Shown: piece after piece, positions 44,562-54,283 of the stretch
How the letters are laid out: the number at the start of each line of letters is the position of its first letter
How positions within the stretch are numbered: the first letter of the stretch is position 1
NCBI GenBank assembly: GCA_026395055.1
Contig: JAPLZK010000002.1
Span: 128,154-192,153 of the forward strand
Direction of reading: 5' to 3'
Length of the DNA: 64,000 nucleotides
From: Candidatus Uhrbacteria bacterium
GTDB lineage: Bacteria > Patescibacteriota > Patescibacteriia > UBA9934 > GWF2-40-263
The notes under the pieces: generated by a model
The model's input: only the letters and a program-made list of their open reading frames with translations
Database searches by the model: none
What the model was told of the DNA's origin: nothing
Translations under genes and position numbers: made by a program

Positions 44562-45206
44562 ATGAAAAAAATTTCACATCTTATTTCAGTGTTCGTCATA
44601 GCTTCCGTTCTTGTCTTGCCACAAGCGGCTGTTTTGGCAGCAACAAATTCGGCAAGCTTTGCGGTTGTTTATAACGGCTACGGAACAGTAGCTCAGGCAA
44701 GTGGTGTTGTGAATTTAATTCCAATGGCTGCAACACAACCCTCTGAAACACATGCAGCACTTGTCGTGAGTAAACAAAGTGTTCATCAACCGTTTCAGTT
44801 GAGTTACACCATGAAAACCACACAACAGCTTCGCACCGGTTCCACCCCAAATCCGTGGGAGGTGGGTTGGTTCTTGTTTGGTTATAAGAGTACGGGTGCG
44901 TTCAAGTATTTGGTTATGAAACCGGACGGATACGGATTTGAACTCGGAGAATCGCTCTTGAACAATAATCAGAATTTTCTCTACACCTCCGCGTTTAACC
45001 AAGATTTGTTCCCAATTAATACGGATTATAATGTCACTGTTCTTGCCAGAAAGAACGTGGTGACCGTGACTGTAAACGGTAAAAAGTCCCTGCAATACAC
45101 GCTTTCCTCAAAAGATACGCTCTCCTTGGACGGCCAATACGGGTTTTATACAGAAGACGCGGCTGTACAGGTTTCAAACATCAAAATGCAGCAGCTCATG
45201 AAGTAA
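44562..45206 (+). CDS. Secreted beta-sandwich (concanavalin/LamG-like) protein
   Basis: Signal peptide, beta-rich sequence, PNPWEVGW and G.YG.YTEDA.V. Terminator at 45210-45240. Confidence 0.65.
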   Translation: MKKISHLISVFVIASVLVLPQAAVLAATNSASFAVVYNGYGTVAQASGVVNLIPMAATQPSETHAALVVSKQSVHQPFQLSYTMKTTQQLRTGSTPNPWEVGWFLFGYKSTGAFKYLVMKPDGYGFELGESLLNNNQNFLYTSAFNQDLFPINTDYNVTVLARKNVVTVTVNGKKSLQYTLSSKDTLSLDGQYGFYTEDAAVQVSNIKMQQLMK

Positions 45207-45406
45207 ACCAAAACCGGACGTTTCAAACGTCCGGTTTTTTGGTGGAAAAACGCAGAAAATCCCCATAAACACTTGACAAAAGTGCGATTTTGTGGTATAT
45301 TAGTCCGTCAGAAATTGGGCGAAGTCCGTCCCGTTTTTGTGCGATTGTTCGATAAAACCGAACCTTTCGATGTATTGGTTTCACTCAATTTCAAAGAGGT
45401 GATGAC

Positions 45407-48400
45407 GTGTCTGACAAAATTTTTGTCCTTCCGTTTGATGCGTACGTGGACGAGTTTCTTGAACTCGTGCGCCGAAACCAGGTTGTCATTCTCGCGGCCG
45501 AAACCGGCGCGGGAAAGTCCACCAAAGCACCACTCGCTCTGCTGAACGCAGGGCTCGGTGGCAACAAGCTGATTGGGGTTTCCGAACCTCGACGTCCGGC
45601 GGCAACGCTGCTCGCAAAGTGGGTGGCAGAACTGCACGGAACCGAATTCGGGACCGTGGTCGGCTATCAGATTGGTCAGGACAAGCAGATCTCGAAAGAG
45701 TCTGAGCTCGTGTTCCTGACCGAAGGTGTTCTCTTGAACCAGCTCCATTCGGATCCGCTTCTTTCGCACTACGGCATCATCTGCCTCGACGAGGTGCATG
45801 AGCGTGGCGTGAATCAAGATCTCCTGATGGCACTCGTGAAGAGCGTGCTCCCGAAGCGGCCCGACCTCAAGGTTGTGGTCATGTCGGCCACGATCGACAC
45901 AGATAAGTTCGCGAAGTACTTCGGCAATGCTCCTGTGCTCACGGTCCCCGGTCGGGTTTTCCCGGTTGCGGTTCGCTACGCAGAAGACACGCCGAATGCG
46001 GGCCGCATGGTGGATGCGATGATTGAGAAGATTCTAGAGATTTTGCACGGCAACGAGCCGGGCGACATCCTCGCGTTCCTTCCGGATCAAGCGAGCATCA
46101 CGCAGGTCGTGAGCAAGCTCGAAAAGGAAAAGGAGCGCGAGCTCTCGCGTTATCGGTTCCTGCCGCTTTACGGCTCGCAGGCGCCCGATGATCAGGCGGA
46201 AGTGTTCAAGGTGGATGGTCGCCGTCGCATCATTGTGGCGACGAACATCGCGGAAACCTCGCTCACGATTGACGGCGTCCGACATGTGGTCGACTCCGGG
46301 CAAATTAAGGCGACGGTTTACGTCGACGCCAACATGTCCGCGCTGCAAGTGACCGAGCATTCGCAAGCTGGTTGCAATCAGCGCAAGGGACGTGCGGGTC
46401 GGACGCAAAATGGTATTTGCCATCGTCTGTTCTGCGAGGCAGATTTCGAAAGCCGCGTGGCGTTCACGAAGCCGGAGATCTTGAGCATGTCGCTCGATCA
46501 GGTTCTCTTGGATCTGCGTTGCCTGAAGTACACCCTCGCGGAAATTCTCAGCCTCGACCTCATGGACGCTCCGAAGACCCAGCAATGGAAAGACGCTGAA
46601 AAGCGTCTGAAGATGCTTGGTGCGATCGGTGCGGATGGTGCGGTCACCGAGGATGGTGTGCGGATGAAGCGGTTCCACGTGGAGCCGATGATTGGCCGCA
46701 TGATCCTTGAAGGCGAGAAGCACGGATGTTTGGAAGAAGTGATCACGATCAGTGCGTGCCTTGCCGGTACGCGTCCGATCTTCATTCGTCCGAAAGATCG
46801 GTATGCAGAAGCGGACCGCGCGAAAAAAGGATTTGATGATCCGAACTCGGATCTGCTCACCCTTCTCAAGGTGTGGCGGCAATGGGATCGGACGGACGGA
46901 GATTATCGGTGGGCGAGAGAGAATTTCCTTTCTTCGAGGGCTCTCAGTCAGGTGGATCGCATGCGCGACCAGCTGATGCGGACGCTCGAGCGGGAAGGGG
47001 TTCCGTATTCGTCTTCGAAAGATGAACTTGGTCTTCGCAAGGCTGTTGCGGCCGGGCTCATCGTCAATATTGCCCAGAAGTCTGGGCGATTCAACTATTC
47101 CTGGAATGATCGCTCGACGTTTGTCTCCCCCGGCTCCGCGCTGTTTGGAGATAACCCGCCGCAAATGCTTGTGTGTGTGAAGGCGATGGAAACCACGAAC
47201 GATCGTGGAACCAAAACCTACATGCATGGATGCCATGCGATCGAACCGAGTTGGCTTTCGGAGCTCGTGCCTGCAGAGGCGTGCGCGATGGAAGTGAATT
47301 TGGAAAAAGATTATGTGACGCGCGAACTTCAGCTGAAGTATCGGCGGACCTGGAACGGAATCGAACTCGAGCATAAAACCTTGGAGACGATTCCAGAAGC
47401 ACTCATTCCGTTCATTGCCGCTTCGGTGACGAAGCAGCTTGTCGACGGGTATGGGTACTTCTGTGACAATGCGACGCAGCTCGTAAAGCTGTGGAAGCAG
47501 ATTGTTCCGTCTGTGCCGTGGAGTGTCTTTGGGGAAGAGCGTACCAAGCGTATTCAGCCGTTTGCGGAAACGTTTGCAAAAGCGATTGCGAAAAAGATTG
47601 CGGGCTTGCCCACGATCCGACTCGTTCTCGCCGCAATCGAATCCGTCATCGCGGAAGATGTTCTGATGGGTGACGCGCTCAAGGCGTATCAGATCGAGCA
47701 CGAAGCAGAAATGCGGCGTGACCGTGAGATGATCGCAGAGCGCGCTCGTCGTGAAGAAGAAACTCGTAAGGCGAACGAAAAAGCGCAAGCTGAATTCGCT
47801 CCGCTGCGCGAAGAGTTCGCGGCACTCGATGCTCGTGTGCGTGCCCTCGGGTACGTGTTCGACTATTCGGGCGGTACGCGCATGGATTTCCGCGACAATA
47901 ATCAGCGTGAGATCGCTCGCAGAAACGTGAACAGCACTTACGCGTATGATCTCTCGACGGCGCGGTACGAACTGCAACAGTACACGGCGATCGTCGAACG
48001 GCTGGAGCGTGCCAACGCCCCGAAGTTTGATCTGACCCGCGTCATCTACGCACAAGTACGCGCAGTCATGCCGGTTTGTCCTGTCTGTGGCGGAGCGTGG
48101 AATGATTCCTTCGTTTGTACGCAAGTGCACTCGCCGGATCAGGTCATCGCAAAGCATGGTCAGAATGACTGGCTCATCGGTGAGTTCAAGACGGATCGGG
48201 ACGAGACGGTTGCGAGCGTAAGCATCGAACGTCGTCGCACTTCCGTGAAGCTCGAATTTGAAGTCGGTGAGAATCAGGCTTGGTCGTACAAGGCGTTCAA
48301 GTTTATCGCGTTCAATCCGAACATCATTGTTCTGTCGCCGGCCTTGGTTGCGGATCGCGAGATCATCCTCCTCTGGCTTGCGGAACTCGAAGAAGCAAAG

Positions 48401-48727
48401 CGAGCTCTCGAAGCCGAACTCGCATTTGTTGCAGACCTCAAGCGGAAGGTAACGACCGGTGAGGTGATTTGTCTCAAGTTTCGGGATCGTGGCAATGGCA
48501 CCATGGTCGCAGATTACAAGCGCGAGCTTGTCGAAGCGCCCTACGGTGACGATCTGTCTCGGTATCCGAGCTCGGGAGATTCCTGGTGGTGTCATGTGAT
48601 TCCCGGGAGCGGCCCGACTAAAATCGCCCTTTACCGCAAGGTGGGGGTGACCAAGGTCGATGTCGAAAAAGTCCTCAAGGACGGCCTCGACATGTTCCCG
48701 GGCCTCCCAAGCCAGCTCCTGCAGTAG
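45407..48727 (+). CDS. HrpA-like DEAH/RHA ATP-dependent RNA helicase with long unknown C-terminal extension
   Basis: AETGAGKST, EPRR.AA, VGYQI, TEGVLL, LDEVHER, MSAT, ATNIAETSLTIDG, QRKGRAGR and HA2 region. GTG start with GAGGTG SD, TTGACA-17-TATATT promoter at 45273, terminator at 48739-48770. Confidence 0.9.
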   Translation: MSDKIFVLPFDAYVDEFLELVRRNQVVILAAETGAGKSTKAPLALLNAGLGGNKLIGVSEPRRPAATLLAKWVAELHGTEFGTVVGYQIGQDKQISKESELVFLTEGVLLNQLHSDPLLSHYGIICLDEVHERGVNQDLLMALVKSVLPKRPDLKVVVMSATIDTDKFAKYFGNAPVLTVPGRVFPVAVRYAEDTPNAGRMVDAMIEKILEILHGNEPGDILAFLPDQASITQVVSKLEKEKERELSRYRFLPLYGSQAPDDQAEVFKVDGRRRIIVATNIAETSLTIDGVRHVVDSGQIKATVYVDANMSALQVTEHSQAGCNQRKGRAGRTQNGICHRLFCEADFESRVAFTKPEILSMSLDQVLLDLRCLKYTLAEILSLDLMDAPKTQQWKDAEKRLKMLGAIGADGAVTEDGVRMKRFHVEPMIGRMILEGEKHGCLEEVITISACLAGTRPIFIRPKDRYAEADRAKKGFDDPNSDLLTLLKVWRQWDRTDGDYRWARENFLSSRALSQVDRMRDQLMRTLEREGVPYSSSKDELGLRKAVAAGLIVNIAQKSGRFNYSWNDRSTFVSPGSALFGDNPPQMLVCVKAMETTNDRGTKTYMHGCHAIEPSWLSELVPAEACAMEVNLEKDYVTRELQLKYRRTWNGIELEHKTLETIPEALIPFIAASVTKQLVDGYGYFCDNATQLVKLWKQIVPSVPWSVFGEERTKRIQPFAETFAKAIAKKIAGLPTIRLVLAAIESVIAEDVLMGDALKAYQIEHEAEMRRDREMIAERARREEETRKANEKAQAEFAPLREEFAALDARVRALGYVFDYSGGTRMDFRDNNQREIARRNVNSTYAYDLSTARYELQQYTAIVERLERANAPKFDLTRVIYAQVRAVMPVCPVCGGAWNDSFVCTQVHSPDQVIAKHGQNDWLIGEFKTDRDETVASVSIERRRTSVKLEFEVGENQAWSYKAFKFIAFNPNIIVLSPALVADREIILLWLAELEEAKRALEAELAFVADLKRKVTTGEVICLKFRDRGNGTMVADYKRELVEAPYGDDLSRYPSSGDSWWCHVIPGSGPTKIALYRKVGVTKVDVEKVLKDGLDMFPGLPSQLLQ

Positions 48728-48887
48728 AGGTTTTCTTGCCCCAGGTGTTCTCTGAACACCTGGGGTTTTTCTTTTCCCCAATATTCTTGACGCTTTTTCC
48801 CCTCCGTGATATCTTTTCGGCACATAAAACGCTGCTGAAACTCTGAAATTTGTCGACCTCAATGTCTTGAGTTTTTTCTTTTTTTAT

Positions 48888-48919
48888 CTAAACCCTAGTC
48901 CCTCGTCCCTAATCCCTCC
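48888..48919. repeat. Heptamer C-run repeat directly upstream of rpsL
   Basis: ctaaaccctagtccctcgtccctaatccct. Confidence 0.7.
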
Positions 48920-48923
48920 CACT

Positions 48924-49352
48924 ATGCCAACAGTCAACCAACTTATTCGCAAAGGACGCACAAGCAAAGGATCCAAGTCAAAGTCACCTGCCATGCAGTA
49001 CACGTTTGACTCCTTGCACCGCAAAAAGACGAGCTTGGTAAAAGGAAGTCCATTTAAACGTGGAGTTTGTGTAAAGGTAGCAACCATGACTCCAAAGAAG
49101 CCAAACTCTGCTATTCGTAAAATCGCCCGCGTGCGTCTTTCAAACGGAACAGAAGTAAACGCTTACATTCCAGGTGAAGGTCACAACTTGCAAGAGCACT
49201 CCATCGTCATGATTCGTGGCGGAAAGGTGAAAGATCTTCCAGGTGTTCGTTATCACATCGTTCGCGGTGTCTATGACGCCCAAGGAGTAAAGGGTCGTAT
49301 GCAAGGCCGTTCAAAATACGGAGCACAACGTCCTAAGGCAAAGAAAGCGTAA
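48924..49352 (+). CDS. rpsL: 30S ribosomal protein S12
   Basis: MPTVNQL, PKKPNSA and [12 protein letters not shown]. Confidence 0.98.
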   Translation: MPTVNQLIRKGRTSKGSKSKSPAMQYTFDSLHRKKTSLVKGSPFKRGVCVKVATMTPKKPNSAIRKIARVRLSNGTEVNAYIPGEGHNLQEHSIVMIRGGKVKDLPGVRYHIVRGVYDAQGVKGRMQGRSKYGAQRPKAKKA

Positions 49353-49424
49353 AATCTCATTCATGAGTGGAGTACCTGATTATTGAGTCGGGGAATAAAT
49401 TCCATTCGATTACTTCAAAACATT

Positions 49425-49892
49425 ATGCGCGGAAAAAAAGCTACTCGACGTGAGATTACCCCAGACCCTAAGTTCGGAAATGTTGTTGTTGCAAAACTCA
49501 TCAACACCATCATGCAAAACGGAAAAAAGACGGTTGCACAAGGAATTGTGTATGACGCGTTTGAATTGATGAACAAAAAAACAAGCGAAGACCCAATTGA
49601 AACTTTTGAAAAAGCTCTTAAAAACGTGATGCCATCTCTTGAAGTGAAGTCAAAGCGCGTTGGTGGAGCAAACTATCAAGTTCCAATGTCTGTTCGCGGC
49701 GATCGCCGTTATCTTTTGACATTTCGTTGGATCATTACAGCAGCTCGTGCAAAAAAGGGTCGTCGTATGGCAGAAAAACTTTCTGATGAATTGCTTGCGG
49801 CTGCAAACGGAGAAGGGGATGCTGTGAAGAAGAAATTGGATGTTCAACGTATGGCTGAGGCAAACCGTGCCTTTGCTCACTTCGCAAAGTAA
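49425..49892 (+). CDS. rpsG: 30S ribosomal protein S7
   Basis: EVKSKRVGGANYQVP and MAEANRAFAHF. Confidence 0.98.
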   Translation: MRGKKATRREITPDPKFGNVVVAKLINTIMQNGKKTVAQGIVYDAFELMNKKTSEDPIETFEKALKNVMPSLEVKSKRVGGANYQVPMSVRGDRRYLLTFRWIITAARAKKGRRMAEKLSDELLAAANGEGDAVKKKLDVQRMAEANRAFAHFAK

Positions 49893-49934
49893 ATTCCAAT
49901 TCTTTAAACCTCTCAAACCTTTCAATCATTCTTT

Positions 49935-52034
49935 ATGCCTAGAGAATACCCGCTACAAGACGTTCGTAACTTTGGAATTTTCGCTCACATCGATGCTGGA
50001 AAAACAACCGTTTCTGAACGTGTGCTTTTTTACACAGGAAAGAAACACAAAATCGGTGAAGTTCACGAAGGTGCAGCAACCATGGACTGGATGGAACAAG
50101 AAAAAGAACGTGGAATTACCATCACAGCCGCTGCAACAACGTGTTTTTGGAAAGATCACCAATTGAACTTGATTGATACCCCAGGACACATCGACTTTAC
50201 CGTTGAAGTAAAGCGCTCAATGCGCGTGCTCGACGGCGGAATTGCGGTGTTTGATGGTGTTGCCGGAGTGGAGCCACAATCCGAAACAAACTGGCGCTAT
50301 GCAGATGACTTTAAAGTGCCTCGTATTGTTTTTATTAACAAATTAGATCGCACAGGAGCGGATTTTTATAAGGACGTTGCTTCGGTTCACAATCGTTTGA
50401 CCAAGCGTGCGTACTGCATTCAACTTCCAATCGGAACAGAAGGTGGATTCAATGGAATCATCGATTTGTTGAAGATGCGTGCATTCATGTATCGCGATGA
50501 AGCAGGGCGAGAAGTAGAAGAAGTTGATATCCCAGAAGAATACAAAGCAAAAGCAGAAGAATACCGAACAATCTTAGTTGAAGCCGTTTGTGAAAACGAC
50601 GAAAAATTGATGGAAAAGTATTTGGCAGGTGAATTCATTACAGAAGCAGAAATGAATCCTGTTATTCGTCGCACAACTATTTCAAACGAATTCATTCCAA
50701 TCATGTGTGGTTCTGCGCTTAAAAACAAAGGTGTTCAACTTTTGTTGGATGCGGTTGTTGCATACTTGCCAAGCCCACTTGATGTTCCGTCTTTTCACGG
50801 AACAGATCCAGATGATCATGAAATCATCATTGATCGTCATTCCTCTGATTCTGAACCATTCGCAGCTCTCGCGTTTAAGATCGCCGCTGATCCATTTGTT
50901 GGAAAGCTCGCCTTCTTCCGCGTGTACTCTGGTTCCGTAAAAGCAGGAACATACATTTTGAACGCATCAAACGGGGCAAAAGAACGTGTCGGACGCATTG
51001 TCCGCTTGCACGCAAACACACGTGAAGAAATTCAAGAAGTGTTTGCTGGTGAAATTGCCGCAATGGTAGGACTCAAAGAAACATTTACCGGTCACACCCT
51101 TTGTGATCCTGAAAACCCAATCTTGCTTGAGGCAATTGTGTTCCCAGAACCAGTTATCTCCATCGCCATTGAACCAAAAACAAAAGGAGACCAAGAAAAA
51201 ATGGGTGTTGCTCTGCAAAAACTTGCAGAAGAAGATCCAACCTTCCGTGTTCGCACAGACGAAGAAACAAACCAAGTTATTATTTCCGGAATGGGAGAAT
51301 TGCACTTGGACATTATTGTGGACCGTATGCGTCGCGAGTTCTCTGTGGATTGTAACGTTGGAACCCCTCAAGTTTCTTATCGTGAAACGATTAAAGGAAA
51401 TGCGGTTGGAGAAGGAAAATACGTCCGTCAAACAGGTGGAAAAGGACAATACGGACACGCGGTTGTGCGTATTGAAAAACTTCCACCAGGTTCTGGATTC
51501 GAATTCGAAGAAGAAATCAAAGGTGGTTCTGTTCCAAAAGAATTTTTTAACCCAATTGAAAAAGGGGCTCACGAAGCCGCTGATCGCGGAGTTCTCGCGG
51601 GTTACCCACTCTTGGACGTTAAAGTTATTTTGACAGACGGTTCCTTCCACGACGTTGACTCTTCAGAAGCTGCCTTTAAAATCGCAGGTTCTATGGCCTT
51701 CCAAGACGCCGCTCACAAAGCGGGTGTTGAATTGCTCGAGCCTGTCATGAAAGTAGAATCTGTCACACCAGAAGATTTCATGGGAGCGGTTGTCGGAGAT
51801 TTGAACGCAAAACGCGGACAAATTCAAAGCATGGAAGATCGCTCTGGTGCAAAGGTCATCACGGCATTTGTTCCGCTCGCCGAAATGTTCGGTTACGCAA
51901 CAACGTTGCGTAGTATGACCCAAGGTCGCGCAAGTTACTCCATGGAATTTGATCACTACGATTCCGTTCCATCAAACGTTTCAAAAGAAATTATTGAAAA
52001 ACGCGGAGGACAAAACCGTCGCGTGGGAAACTAG
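49935..52034 (+). CDS. fusA: Elongation factor G
   Basis: [18 protein letters not shown] and HDVDSSE. Confidence 0.98.
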   Translation: MPREYPLQDVRNFGIFAHIDAGKTTVSERVLFYTGKKHKIGEVHEGAATMDWMEQEKERGITITAAATTCFWKDHQLNLIDTPGHIDFTVEVKRSMRVLDGGIAVFDGVAGVEPQSETNWRYADDFKVPRIVFINKLDRTGADFYKDVASVHNRLTKRAYCIQLPIGTEGGFNGIIDLLKMRAFMYRDEAGREVEEVDIPEEYKAKAEEYRTILVEAVCENDEKLMEKYLAGEFITEAEMNPVIRRTTISNEFIPIMCGSALKNKGVQLLLDAVVAYLPSPLDVPSFHGTDPDDHEIIIDRHSSDSEPFAALAFKIAADPFVGKLAFFRVYSGSVKAGTYILNASNGAKERVGRIVRLHANTREEIQEVFAGEIAAMVGLKETFTGHTLCDPENPILLEAIVFPEPVISIAIEPKTKGDQEKMGVALQKLAEEDPTFRVRTDEETNQVIISGMGELHLDIIVDRMRREFSVDCNVGTPQVSYRETIKGNAVGEGKYVRQTGGKGQYGHAVVRIEKLPPGSGFEFEEEIKGGSVPKEFFNPIEKGAHEAADRGVLAGYPLLDVKVILTDGSFHDVDSSEAAFKIAGSMAFQDAAHKAGVELLEPVMKVESVTPEDFMGAVVGDLNAKRGQIQSMEDRSGAKVITAFVPLAEMFGYATTLRSMTQGRASYSMEFDHYDSVPSNVSKEIIEKRGGQNRRVGN

Positions 52035-52078
52035 AAAAACTAAAACCGAGCCTCATATAGGGCTCGGTTTTAGTTTTT
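52035..52078. terminator. Bidirectional intrinsic terminator after fusA
   Basis: aaaaactaaaaccgagcc ... ggctcggttttagttttt. Confidence 0.8.
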
Positions 52079-52612
52079 ACGATAGAGTCGAACGTTATCA
52101 ATCGTTCTCTCCTCCTTCCACTTCGGAAACTTAAACCCATTCGCTACCACTCGCGCGCCGATCGGTAATTCTTTTTGTAATTTCTCTTCAATCCCTTTCA
52201 TGGCGTACGAGATTTGGTAAAGCAGAACAAGATTTGTGCTCGATACATCAACGTGCCAAAATGAATCAGGATGAATTTCGATTTTGTCCGTAAGATTTTC
52301 TTTTTCGATCAACTCGCGTGATTGTTTTACAAGCCAGTGTTGAATCTCATAGCCGATGGATTTTTTCGCTCCGGCTTTTGCAGCAGCAATGAGTAATCGA
52401 CCATCACCAGATCCAAGATCCACGACAATATCGGATGGTTGAATTTGCGCGAGTTCGATCATATCATCAATCGCTTCAGGTGGTGTTCCTACAAATAATC
52501 CGCCACCAGCAAACGCGGGAATCATGAGACGAATAAGTGATCGCGTAGCGAAAAATAAATAGACGATGGAGGTGATTCCAATAATTGCTAGGATACTATA
52601 AAGATAAAACAT
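52070..52612 (-). CDS. Class I SAM-dependent methyltransferase with N-terminal membrane anchor
   Basis: VVDLGSGDGRLLI.AA, GYEI and GARVV..F. Confidence 0.85.
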   Translation of the reverse strand: MFYLYSILAIIGITSIVYLFFATRSLIRLMIPAFAGGGLFVGTPPEAIDDMIELAQIQPSDIVVDLGSGDGRLLIAAAKAGAKKSIGYEIQHWLVKQSRELIEKENLTDKIEIHPDSFWHVDVSSTNLVLLYQISYAMKGIEEKLQKELPIGARVVANGFKFPKWKEERTIDNVRLYRKN

Positions 52613-53629
52613 ATGATTCCCAAAAAAGTATTAACAGCGTTCGGGTTTGACCAAAATGCTTCTTCAAAGCAACTTTCGTCCGGACTCATTCACCAAACGT
52701 ATCTCATAAAGAATGATCGTAAACAGTATATCATTCAACGATTACACCCGGTACTTGCAACACCTGAGATTGCAAACGATTTTTTGTCCGTGACAAAATA
52801 TTTACACAAAGAAAAATTTCTCGCGCCCGAATGTGTTCTCTCTAAAAAAGGCGAGGTGTTGGTTGATGATGGAAAATGGAAGTGGCGTGCACAGACATTT
52901 GTTTCAGGGAAAACCGTTCATCTATTAAAAGATATAAAGATGGCGAAAGAGGCGGGGGAGGTCTATGCGCGTTTTCACGAGACAATGGCAATCGTGCCGT
53001 ATGAATTTCAATCCAAAAAAGTTTCGCATGATACAGAAAAGATTTTTGAAACGTTTCGTCATACTGTAGATGTATATCGTGACTCTGAACGCATGCTTGA
53101 TGTGATTCATGATGTTGTGTTTCTTCTTGAACAAACACCAAAGTATTTCTTGCCGAAGTCATTACCACTCCGTGTCATCCACGGTGATCCAAAAATTTCA
53201 AACATTTTGTTTGATGCATCGGGAAAAGCAAAATCAATTGTAGATCTTGATACATGTAATCGACGACCAATTCTTGTTGAGCTTGGGGATGCATTTCGAT
53301 CCTGGTGTGGGGGGAGGGAAGACGATGTAAAGAATGTGTTTTCCATCCCAATGTTCCGTGCGGCGTGGAAGGGGTATGCATCAAACGCAACGTTTCTTAC
53401 GAAAATAGAGCGGAAATACGTTGGTAAAGCTATTGGAACGATCACACTCGAACTTGCGTGTCGATTTATGACGGATTATTTTGTCGATGACTATTTTGGC
53501 TGGGATCCGTCACGTTATTCCTCCAGACGAGCACATAATCTTGCTCGAGCGAAAGGGCAGATTGCGGAATTTAAAGATTATCTAAAAAAGCGCGAAATTA
53601 TTGAAAAAATTGTACACAAAGACGCTTGA
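52613..53629 (+). CDS. Aminoglycoside phosphotransferase / choline kinase-fold kinase (N-acetylhexosamine kinase-like)
   Basis: GLIH.TY, IHGDPKISNILF, IVDLDT, ELGDAFRSW and HNL.RA.GQ. Confidence 0.85.
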   Translation: MIPKKVLTAFGFDQNASSKQLSSGLIHQTYLIKNDRKQYIIQRLHPVLATPEIANDFLSVTKYLHKEKFLAPECVLSKKGEVLVDDGKWKWRAQTFVSGKTVHLLKDIKMAKEAGEVYARFHETMAIVPYEFQSKKVSHDTEKIFETFRHTVDVYRDSERMLDVIHDVVFLLEQTPKYFLPKSLPLRVIHGDPKISNILFDASGKAKSIVDLDTCNRRPILVELGDAFRSWCGGREDDVKNVFSIPMFRAAWKGYASNATFLTKIERKYVGKAIGTITLELACRFMTDYFVDDYFGWDPSRYSSRRAHNLARAKGQIAEFKDYLKKREIIEKIVHKDA

Positions 53630-53661
53630 CACGAGGCTCGGATCCGCTAAAATGCGGACAT

Positions 53662-54171
53662 ATGAAAGATCAGCTCAAACGTATCCTGAATCTTGTCCAA
53701 AAAACCGGGGACACGATGATTGTGACGGATCCAAATGGAGACGACGTTTACGTCGTAATGGGGCTTGATCAGTATGAAAATCTCAGAAACATAGATGTTT
53801 TTGAGCCAGAACAGGAAATAGATGAATTGGAAGGGTATCGTCAAAGCTTTCCGCAAGGTCCTTCAGCCTGGGGAGACATGGTCGAGTCAGATGAGCTTGA
53901 GACAGTAGGGGATGTCATTGATAAGAATCCAGACATCTGGAGCGTGATGAAACCTGCTGGTGAAGAGGGGGAGACCTGGGATTTGGCAAAATTATCAGAG
54001 AATGAAGCTGAAGACCTTGAAGAGAAGTATAAAAAGTATGCACAGGAGCCAGTAGCGTCAGTTTTCCCAGAAGTTCCTGCGGAGGGAAAAACAGAAGAAA
54101 TTACGCCAAAATTAGCAGAAAACGAGGATGAATTTGGAGAAGAACAGTTTTATCTCGAACCGATTGAGTAA
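53662..54171 (+). CDS. Hypothetical acidic protein
   Basis: L.LV.KTGD..IV...YVVM.L..YE N-terminus and EEQFYLEPIE C-terminus. TTGACA...TAAAAT promoter directly upstream. Confidence 0.75.
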   Translation: MKDQLKRILNLVQKTGDTMIVTDPNGDDVYVVMGLDQYENLRNIDVFEPEQEIDELEGYRQSFPQGPSAWGDMVESDELETVGDVIDKNPDIWSVMKPAGEEGETWDLAKLSENEAEDLEEKYKKYAQEPVASVFPEVPAEGKTEEITPKLAENEDEFGEEQFYLEPIE

Positions 54172-54283
54172 GACTTGCGTAATTTAAAAGGGTTTGCTAT
54201 ACTTTCGCCTGTCTCGAAAGACCAAGTAATTTCGATAAATAAGCAAAAATTAATTTTGGGCGGCTCCGCCCTTTCTCATTTCT

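Noticed and set aside
46034-48862. 942-aa antisense ORF opposite the helicase
   Set aside because: No motifs, SD or promoter. It is the shadow frame of a GC-rich, strongly codon-biased real gene.
49895-49930. Degenerate 9-nt tandem repeat (ctttaaacc tctcaaacc tttcaatca) before fusA
   Set aside because: Only three imperfect units and a single locus; not enough to call a feature.
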